From contig OY761989.1 in assembly GCA_963665165.1 (NCBI GenBank), forward strand, positions 1,903,734 to 1,967,733: 64,000 nucleotides of DNA. The letters are read 5' to 3'. Made by a program: the position numbers and the translations under genes. Under the pieces are notes generated by a model. The model did no database searches. It saw nothing but the letters and a program-made list of their open reading frames with translations, and was not told the origin of the DNA. The stretch comes from Arenicellales bacterium (GTDB lineage Bacteria; Pseudomonadota; Gammaproteobacteria; Arenicellales; Poriferihabitantaceae). This document shows positions 1 to 6,822 of this stretch, in pieces (positions within the stretch are counted from its first letter, which is position 1; each line of letters opens with the position of its first letter).

Positions 1-1286
1 CCAAACCCGTGCCGATGAGCGATTTTGAATTGCTGTTCATGGGCAAAGGCCCCCAGTTCGCGGTGCACTCGGTTTCGTTCGTCCCGGAACTTGGGCCTGC
101 GGATTCGGACCAGATACCGCTGCCCGATATGGATACGGTTCGGATTTGTCCGTGGGACAAGACCATCGCGTGGGTATTCTCGGACCTTTGGTGGGAAGGC
201 AAGCCATATAACCTCTGCCCCAGGCAGGCGATGAAACGCGCCATCCGGGACGCGGCGGCCCAGGGCTATGCCATGTACGCTGGCATCGAGCCTGAATTCA
301 TCGTCATGAAATGGGATGAAAACGGGCAGCCGGTAAAAGCCTATGACGATGACCCGCAACCGGGCAAGGGAGTTCGTTCCCGACGCCAGGCATTTGGCTA
401 CGATGTCGAATACGCGCTGGATTCGATGGGATTTCTGGGCGAAATGATCGACATTATCGAAAATCTCGGATGGAATCTCCACGATGTGGTAACCGAAGGC
501 GCCTATTCCCAGTTCGAACTGGATTTTCATTATACCGATGTGCTCGATATGGCCGACCGAATGGTTTTCCTTCGCGTGTTGTTAAAGGAAATCGCCAAAA
601 AACACGGAAATTTTGTCACCTATATGCCAAAACCGACGACCGGCGACTGGCGTTCCGGAGCGCACATGAATACCTCGATTCAGCGAATCGATAATCCCGG
701 AGTGAATTTGTACGAAGCGGAAAACGGGCAATGGAGCGAAACCGCGCTGCACTCGGTGGGCGGAATTCTCAAACACGGCGGCCCAATCACGGCCGTGGCC
801 TGTTGTACCGTCAATTCCTATAACGGACTGGTTCCCAAGGTGGGAGGATTCGAAGGCGGCACCTACACCTGGGCGCCCACCCACATGGCTTATGGAAAAA
901 ACAACCGCTCCGCCATGCTGCGGCTGCCGCAAAGCCGGTTTGCCATCGAAAACCGCGCTGCCGACATGTGCATGAACCCCTACCTTGGACTTGGCATGAC
1001 ACTGGGAGCGTCCGTCGACGGCATTGTCAACAAAATCGATCCGGGGATGTCCCTGGATGAGGATTTGTATGTAATGGACGACCAGGAAAAGCAACAACGC
1101 AACCTGACGCCATTACCCCGTAATCTCCTCGAAGCGACCGAAATGCTGTCCGCCAGCGAACTGGCCAAAAACATAATGGGTCCGGTCATGCTGAACTCAT
1201 TCGTGCAGTACAAGATCGACGAATGGGAACGCTACCACCAAACCGTAACCGACTGGGAAGTAAACGAATACCTGCGCCTGTACTGA
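1..1286 (+). CDS. Glutamine synthetase-family enzyme (type III GS / gamma-glutamylmethylamide synthetase-like); 5' end probably cut by the window edge
   Basis: ORF 9..1286 has no upstream stop before the window edge. It shows GS catalytic-domain style motifs (AGIEPEF, FVTYMPKP, SGAHMNTS, NRSAMLRLP, IENRAADM). A soxB/mgdA-like start follows it, as in methylamine/sarcosine loci. Confidence 0.8.
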   Translation, partial: KPVPMSDFELLFMGKGPQFAVHSVSFVPELGPADSDQIPLPDMDTVRICPWDKTIAWVFSDLWWEGKPYNLCPRQAMKRAIRDAAAQGYAMYAGIEPEFIVMKWDENGQPVKAYDDDPQPGKGVRSRRQAFGYDVEYALDSMGFLGEMIDIIENLGWNLHDVVTEGAYSQFELDFHYTDVLDMADRMVFLRVLLKEIAKKHGNFVTYMPKPTTGDWRSGAHMNTSIQRIDNPGVNLYEAENGQWSETALHSVGGILKHGGPITAVACCTVNSYNGLVPKVGGFEGGTYTWAPTHMAYGKNNRSAMLRLPQSRFAIENRAADMCMNPYLGLGMTLGASVDGIVNKIDPGMSLDEDLYVMDDQEKQQRNLTPLPRNLLEATEMLSASELAKNIMGPVMLNSFVQYKIDEWERYHQTVTDWEVNEYLRLY

Positions 1287-1437
1287 GACCACTCCCCCGG
1301 CGGAGCGAACCGTCAACGCAGGGGCCGGTCTCCGTGCCGACCCGCAACCGGAATCCCCGGCGCTCAATCGTCATCGACATCGGCGGCCGATTCGCCTCTT
1401 GGGGAAATTGGCGTTGATGTCGGCTGCAATATATAAT
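1277..1437 (+). repeat. Copy A of a ~160-bp direct repeat (gene tail + intergenic region with a promoter-like TTGGCG-18nt-TATAAT)
   Basis: cctgtactgagacc.ctcccccggcgga..gaaccgt.aacgcaggggccgg.ctccgtgccg ... tggc.ttgatg.cgg.tgcaatatataat recurs at 5975..6134. The ends are well conserved and the centre has diverged. Confidence 0.8.
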
Positions 1438-1495
1438 ACATGCGGATAATATCCATGTTCTGTTTTAATTTTCGTTATGTATTCATCTGCGGAAA

Positions 1496-1658
1496 GTGCA
1501 ACATTATTCCATATTCAGCCTGGCCCGGAACGCGTTTTCCCGTCATGAAAAATGGGCCAGGGCATGGCGAAGCCCGGAACTGAAAACCCGGTATGATGTA
1601 ATCATTATCGGAGCGGGCGGACACGGCCTCGCCACCGCCTGGTACCTCGGCCGGGACC
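1496..1658 (+). pseudogene. Truncated sarcosine oxidase beta / N-methylglutamate dehydrogenase subunit-like gene (N-terminal ~54 codons only)
   Basis: [51 protein letters not shown] is a typical SoxB-type N-terminus with a GxGxxG FAD fold. Resemblance ends near codon 54 and the remaining ~350 codons are absent. Confidence 0.7.
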
Positions 1659-1670
1659 CCCTCGCCGACC

Positions 1671-2075
1671 ATGATTCCATCCGGCCAGATCGGCCTGTTT
1701 GCGATGGCAAGCCCGCCGACCGGATGGCTGAAGTGCAAGGGTCAGGCGGTCAGCCGGGCTACTTATGCGGCGCTTTTCACGGCGATCGGGATAACGTATG
1801 GTGCAGGCGATAATCTGAGCACGTTCAATCTCCCTGACCTGCGCGGCCAGTTTGTCCGGGGATACAACGAGGATTCTGCCGATGGGGATGACGACGGGCG
1901 CGTTTTGGGGTCGTCCCAGGCTGGCCAGAACTTGTCTCACTCCCACGGTGACGGGTCGTTATCGACTGGCTCTGGAGGCAGTCACACTCACAGTGTATAT
2001 GGAACGACGAGCTCAAGCGGGGGCGTAGAAAACCGCCCAAAAAACATCGCCCTGGCGTACTTCATCAAGACCTGA
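1671..2075 (+). CDS. Phage tail collar domain protein (MdpB-like)
   Basis: [50 protein letters not shown] is the classic tail-collar (PF07484-type) signature. A Gly/Ser/His-rich tail follows. Confidence 0.8.
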   Translation: MIPSGQIGLFAMASPPTGWLKCKGQAVSRATYAALFTAIGITYGAGDNLSTFNLPDLRGQFVRGYNEDSADGDDDGRVLGSSQAGQNLSHSHGDGSLSTGSGGSHTHSVYGTTSSSGGVENRPKNIALAYFIKT

Positions 2076-2093
2076 TCCTGTACAATCGCCGCC

Positions 2094-3074
2094 ATGGAAA
2101 AGGATGCAGTCATTGCGGTGTATGTCCCGGACCGGCCACATTACATTGCCCAGTTTTACGGCCTCTGGTACAGCCTGGCGGGCAAGACCGACCTGCACCG
2201 GAAATTCGATCTTCTGGTAACCGGGCCGACCTCCGTCAGGACCAGGATTCCGAAACCGCATTGCCGTTTCGTGGCGATCCCGGAACTGTCATCCCAACCC
2301 GATTTCCGGTATCGGTATTCGGGTGAGGGCTATGGTTTCGTCAACTCGTTTGCGCCCTTTATTGACCCTCGATGTGTCGAGATCATTTGCGACTACAAAT
2401 ATTGCCTGCGTCTCGATGTGGATACTTTCGTCTGTCCCGGACTTGCGTCCATCCAATGCGCGGAGGATGGCATCATTGTGGGTGAGGGAGGGTACTCGAG
2501 CGAAACCGCGCAGCGGCGGCTCTCTGACATACTGACGGAACTGAATCTTCCCGATCAGGGTATCCCGAACATCGGTTCGACCTGGTTCGCGCCTTCCCGG
2601 ACCATGATCGAGGCCGGCGCAAAAACCATTGAATATGTAAAATATCTCCTCGCAAACCACTTCTCGCAACACCCGGGTTCATGGCCTGATTGGTATGCGG
2701 GAGTCATATCGATGTACGCGGGCCATCTGATCCTGAACTCATCCTCCCTGACGATCCGCAAAACACAAAAGCTGGATTTTTCATCGGCATCAGACCATGA
2801 CGTCACGGACATTTACACACTTCATTGCTGGCATGGAGATGCCTTTTACAGCAAGTTCCAGTTCATCAACGGACGCTATGCCGGGAGGCAACCGGACGCC
2901 GAATCCCTGAAATGCAATGAATACAGCTTTGATTGCATATCACGCGGAGTCAGCCACGGAGCCATATTGACCACTCTGCCGGCCAACAAACTGGTCGTTA
3001 TGGCCGATAACCTGACAGTCGCAATGAAGTTACTTGGGAACCGATTTCGTGCTGTTTTTTCCAGGCTAAAATAG
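2094..3074 (+). CDS. Hypothetical protein (possible DxD nucleotide-sugar transferase-like)
   Basis: 326-aa ORF starting 19 nt after the tail-collar gene. It contains a YCLRLDVDTF DxD-like motif. No family was recognised with certainty. Confidence 0.45.
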   Translation: MEKDAVIAVYVPDRPHYIAQFYGLWYSLAGKTDLHRKFDLLVTGPTSVRTRIPKPHCRFVAIPELSSQPDFRYRYSGEGYGFVNSFAPFIDPRCVEIICDYKYCLRLDVDTFVCPGLASIQCAEDGIIVGEGGYSSETAQRRLSDILTELNLPDQGIPNIGSTWFAPSRTMIEAGAKTIEYVKYLLANHFSQHPGSWPDWYAGVISMYAGHLILNSSSLTIRKTQKLDFSSASDHDVTDIYTLHCWHGDAFYSKFQFINGRYAGRQPDAESLKCNEYSFDCISRGVSHGAILTTLPANKLVVMADNLTVAMKLLGNRFRAVFSRLK

Positions 3075-3255
3075 CCCACAAAAATCGGCTTATTTGTGAG
3101 CCATTTGCAAAAACTTTTGTTCCGCTACACCCTGGAACAAACGTATCTTCGCCAGCGAGTGGCCGAGCGTCACCCTTTCCCGGTCACGGGCGTAGAGCGG
3201 GTTTCCAATGCGTATCGTTCCGAGTCGACAGATACTGAATCAAGGCGCAAATAAA

Positions 3256-3501
3256 ATGAACAGAAAAGTGAAAGCAATTATCGAATGTTTGGACAATTTT
3301 TTGACAGAAACAGGAAGACAATACATTGCCCCTCCTGAAGCAAACGCACATCTTGAGAGAAAAGGGCTTCTTCCCGACAGCAAACACCGACCGGGATTGC
3401 CTCTGCGCAAACTGTTGCGTGCAGGAAAGCTACCCCATGCTTTTCAACCGGGTGGCAAAGGTTCGCATTGGAGAATCCCTCACTCAAAATGGCAGATGTG
3501 A
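3256..3501 (+). CDS. Small hypothetical protein (81 aa), possibly DNA-binding
   Basis: Internal ATG of ORF 3208..3501. The motif GLLPDSKHRPGLPLRKLLRAGKLPHAFQPGGKGSHWRIP resembles a small module I have seen at N-termini of nuclease-type proteins. That assignment is from memory only. Confidence 0.4.
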   Translation: MNRKVKAIIECLDNFLTETGRQYIAPPEANAHLERKGLLPDSKHRPGLPLRKLLRAGKLPHAFQPGGKGSHWRIPHSKWQM

Positions 3502-3559
3502 TTTTGGAAACACTAAACTCTCCGGCAACAACCGCAACCATACCCGCAGGCAAGTTGAG

Positions 3560-4102
3560 ATGGTAGACGATACTTCTGAACTCAAAAGCCGGTACGAGGA
3601 GGCGCGACAGAAATTCAAACCGGAAAGCGTGCAGTATTTGCTCATTGCAGAGGCGCCGCCCGACAGCGTTGAACGTTTTTTCTATTGTGAAAGCGTTCGT
3701 AACCACGACCACTTGTTTCTGGGTGTAGCACAAACGCTCTACCCCGGCGACAAGGAAAAATTTCTTGAAAGCGGGCGCAGTAGCGATATTAAACGCTCAA
3801 TCCTGCTTAAACTTAAAGAAGACGGTTTTTACTTGCTGGATTTGTCAGAACTTCCCCTTTCCCGAAATCCGGATGGGCTGTGTTCCCAACTCCCGTCGCT
3901 TGTCGAGAGAATAGAGAGGATCGCAGACAAGGCGACAAAAATTATTTTAATCAAGGCATCTGTTTACGACCTGGCATTTGACTATCTGCGACAACAAGGG
4001 TTCGAAAATGTCGTCGATGTCAGAATTCCGTTTCCGGCATCAGGTCAACAAGGGCGATTCCAGAAAAAATTCCGCAAGGCGCTTCTTGATGCTCATCAAT
4101 GA
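3560..4102 (+). CDS. Hypothetical protein, possibly uracil-DNA-glycosylase-superfamily fold
   Basis: In-frame ATG at 3560 within ORF 3326..4102, downstream of the previous gene. LLIAEAPP...RFFY resembles the UDG family-4/5 GE(A/G)PG motif and the C-terminal RIPFPASG resembles the HPS motif. The call is weak. Confidence 0.35.
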   Translation: MVDDTSELKSRYEEARQKFKPESVQYLLIAEAPPDSVERFFYCESVRNHDHLFLGVAQTLYPGDKEKFLESGRSSDIKRSILLKLKEDGFYLLDLSELPLSRNPDGLCSQLPSLVERIERIADKATKIILIKASVYDLAFDYLRQQGFENVVDVRIPFPASGQQGRFQKKFRKALLDAHQ

Positions 4103-4128
4103 AACCTGTGTATATAATGCAGAACATT

Positions 4129-4788
4129 ATGTGCACAAATTTCGGATTAATCAACCGAGGCGGTACGGCAAGGCTCGCAAAGCGTCTGTCGGTTGACGAT
4201 ACATCCTTGATTTACTGTGATGACTTCAGGCCCGGGGCGACCATCAGCATCGTCAACGAGTCGGGTGGAGCGCGTCGGGTCTGTCCCGCAATCTGGTGGC
4301 TATATCTGCAACAGACTCCCGATGGCCTGAAACCTCACCGGAACTACTTCAGCGTCAATACCAATCACGCCAGGCTGCTGAAGAAGGCGGAATACCGCAC
4401 TTCGCGCTGCATCGTCCCGGCCAGTTGCTTTGTCGAGAGTCAGGGGGGCAGGAACCCGCATCTGCTGGAACCGAAGGACGGCAGCGCCATAGCCTTCGGG
4501 GGACTATACAAGGAGTGGACGGACAAGGTAACAGGGGAGTATGTGACCTCGGCCTCGATCATCACCCTGCCGGGACATCCCGGGCTGGAGGAGATTCACC
4601 GGAAATCCACCCCGTTGTGGCTGCCGGAAGAGGCTTTTGATCAATGGCTGTCCCCTGATATCCGGGATACGTCCCTGTTCGATGAATTGCTGGTCCCTGC
4701 CCTGAGATGCGACCTGCTTGCCACACCTGTCAACCGGGCAAGCGACAAACAGCCGATCAGGCTGCCCGTCACCATTCCCATGTCCTGA
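4129..4788 (+). CDS. SOS response-associated peptidase (SRAP/YedK, DUF159) abasic-site processing protein
   Basis: The start was chosen so that the protein begins MC (catalytic Cys2): MCTNFGL. It also shows FGGLYKEW, SASIITLPGHPGLEEIHRKSTPLWL and other typical SRAP blocks. Confidence 0.85.
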   Translation: MCTNFGLINRGGTARLAKRLSVDDTSLIYCDDFRPGATISIVNESGGARRVCPAIWWLYLQQTPDGLKPHRNYFSVNTNHARLLKKAEYRTSRCIVPASCFVESQGGRNPHLLEPKDGSAIAFGGLYKEWTDKVTGEYVTSASIITLPGHPGLEEIHRKSTPLWLPEEAFDQWLSPDIRDTSLFDELLVPALRCDLLATPVNRASDKQPIRLPVTIPMS

Positions 4789-4847
4789 CCCTGTCGTACG
4801 CGCCGTACGCTTCCCGCCCGATCTAAACTGTTATGTTGGCGGCTCGG

Positions 4848-5027
4848 TCAGCGCGATGTCGTATTCCAGATAATTTCAAAGGCTTCCGGGTCAATGCGGC
4901 GCAGCTTCTCTAGCTCTTCGTCGGTGTGTTCTTGATGCCAAGGTTATTTTTTAAAACACCATTGGGATCAATATAGGGGTCAGATGCCGCATCATACGGC
5001 CCGGCGTCCGGGTCACGCTGATACGGC
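4848..5027 (-). pseudogene. Fic-family toxin remnant (N-terminal ~60 codons, frameshifted, no HPFxxGNGR core)
   Basis: The reverse strand reads MPYQRDPDAGPYDAASDPYIDPNGVLKNNLGIKNT. After a frame change it reads DEEELEKLRRIDPEAFEIIWNTTSR then a stop. It overlaps the vbhA-like stop, as in vbhA-vbhT modules. Confidence 0.5.
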
Positions 5028-5201
5028 ATAGTTTCGTTTCATTACCTCTACTGCATCGGCACTGGTCATCTCGCCCTTGGCAACTTTAGCCGCAAGGTTC
5101 TTGGCATCCTGGCTGGGCTCCAGACCTTCCAGACGGACAGTGGCCAGTGCGGTACGCATGGCGTAATCACGGCGTTTTTGGCTGATTTTCTCTTTTCTCA
5201 T
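5013..5201 (-). CDS. VbhA-family antitoxin (Fic inhibitor)
   Basis: MRKEKISQKRRDYAMRTALATVRLEGLEPSQDAKNLAAKVAKGEMTSADAVEVMK. The (S/T)xxxE(G/N)-type inhibitory helix context is present (ATVRLEG). A GAGGTG Shine-Dalgarno sequence precedes the ATG at 5201. Confidence 0.7.
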   Translation of the reverse strand: MRKEKISQKRRDYAMRTALATVRLEGLEPSQDAKNLAAKVAKGEMTSADAVEVMKRNYAVSA

Positions 5202-5597
5202 TGCTGTCACCTCTGGCTGTAATTTTATCATAAAACAGCCACTTAAACCTCGGTTTTACCCCCAAACCGCCAACGCTGTAGCAGCTGCCCGGCGACTGCT
5301 GGAGTCCCTGCACAATGAGAATCAGCGCAAGGGGCAGCAGTGACGCTCAGGATCACCTGAAGTCCCAAAACCTGTACCAATAAGACCAATGTTACTGAGA
5401 AGGGTAGGTGATTTACTGGGCCGGCATGGGTTCGTGAAACGCATCCCATTGATTCTGCTGATTTCCTGACTCTCCCGATTTCCGTACGTCATCAAAGCGA
5501 CATCGGTTTCATACAAAGGCGTGACGGCCAAAGCGCAATCTGGCAACCCGGACCTCCCCAGCATAAATTTCTCCCAAGTATTCAGTTTTGGACTGCA

Positions 5598-5903
5598 TTA
5601 GCCAACTTCGATCTCAACAATAATTCCGATGTTGGGTTTATCTTCTGTACCCCCAAGAACCCTGCGAACCCAAGCCCGGACGCGAACAAGCTTCGGGATC
5701 GAATACATCAACCCTCCTGCCTCGGCTTCTCGCAATGCCTCTTCGAGACCCGCTTTCAGTGCGTAGAACTGGCGTGCGTTGTCCCTGTCCATAAGCAGTC
5801 GCATACCTGCACACACGACTTCATCCAGATTGGTATACGACCCCGACTTGATCTGCCCTTGAATATAGTCCTCCATCTGCTCGGTAAGGTGTACGTTTGG
5901 CAT
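5598..5903 (-). CDS. ParD-family type II antitoxin (RHH)
   Basis: MPNVHLTEQMEDYIQGQIKSGSYTNLDEVVCAGMRLLMDRD matches the ParD (PF03693-type) N-terminus. The C-terminal ~30 aa are atypical. Confidence 0.65.
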   Translation of the reverse strand: MPNVHLTEQMEDYIQGQIKSGSYTNLDEVVCAGMRLLMDRDNARQFYALKAGLEEALREAEAGGLMYSIPKLVRVRAWVRRVLGGTEDKPNIGIIVEIEVG

Positions 5904-5974
5904 TGGACCACCGCGGAATATCTGCTAATGGCAGATACTGACATTTTGTCCTTAATCAGTCAATCCAGCCTGAC

Positions 5975-6134
5975 CCTGTACTGAGACCGCTCCCCCGGCG
6001 GACCGAACCGTTAACGCAGGGGCCGGCCTCCGTGCCGGCCAGCACCGTCATCCCCCTACTCAACCGGAACTGATGCCGGTGACCAAATCGCCCCCTGTGG
6101 AAAAATGGCATTGATGCCGGTTGCAATATATAAT
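5975..6134 (+). repeat. Copy B of the ~160-bp direct repeat (see 1277..1437), with ATGGCA-18nt-TATAAT promoter-like element
   Basis: By-eye alignment to copy A: roughly 60 of the first ~66 positions are identical and the last ~35 positions are similarly conserved. Confidence 0.8.
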
Positions 6135-6141
6135 CCCCTGA

Positions 6142-6617
6142 ATGAGAACAGCGCATCGGATTATTGTTGCAGGTTTTGTATTGCTTGGATCCCTGTCGGC
6201 CGAGGCCCAGGATCAGGAGTATTGGGGTGCATACGCCAAGGGAAGCACCGATTACGAGGGCGGCGAAGCCTATGGCGTTGCCTGGAATGCGCCCTCTCAG
6301 GAGATGCCATTGATGCCGCTGTGAGGGAGTGTCTTGCGCAGTGTGCTGAGCAGGGAGTTCATGCGCTTTGGGTTTTCTCGACAAGCGCGGAAGATTCCGA
6401 TATCATTCCGGACTTCGATTGGGGGAATTGGGAAGGGGTCTTCGACCTTGATCTCGGGTGGGTCGTATCTGCCCGGTGCATGGCTCTTTCCCGTATCGAC
6501 GAAACAAGCTACTCGGACGGCCCGGGTTTCGGGGATACGAAGAAAGACGCCGTGAATGATTTGTGCAATTTACAGTCTCTGGACGATATCGAATTCGTGA
6601 AGTGCAACAGGGAATGA
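6142..6617 (+). pseudogene. DUF4189-like secreted protein gene with a frameshift near 6300
   Basis: Signal peptide MRTAHRIIVAGFVLLGSLSAEAQ plus YWGAYAKG...GVAWNAPSQE lie in one frame (6142..6324). The continuation GDAIDAAVRECLAQC...CMALSR...GDTKKDAVNDLC...KC lies in the frame of ORF 6105..6617. Confidence 0.55.
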
Positions 6618-6631
6618 ATTGCATCAGGAAC

Positions 6632-6736
6632 ACCTGCCCGGATACACATCCTGATCAGGTCCGCTTCGAACTCAGCAAAGGTGGCTAGGATATTGAAAAA
6701 GAGCTTCCCCATGGAATCCGCGGGATCATAGACCGT
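6632..6736 (-). pseudogene. Serine recombinase (resolvase) internal fragment
   Basis: TVYDPADSMGKLFFNILATFAEFEADLIRMCIRAG matches the conserved resolvase block (G.l...i..a.AEFEr.lI.eR). No N-terminal catalytic Ser region or HTH is present. Confidence 0.6.
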
Positions 6737-6822
6737 CTGTCCTACCTCGTGCAGATACAGATAGTCGTGATAGTCGTATATCTGGACAACAAGCAATGAA
6801 CGATCATCGAATAAAACACCTG

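Noticed and set aside
5322-5597. Possible parE toxin pseudogene downstream of parD.
   Set aside because: There is only a vague C-terminal pattern resemblance and no convincing N-terminal half in any frame. This is too weak to annotate as a feature, so it is mentioned only in the orphan-antitoxin finding.
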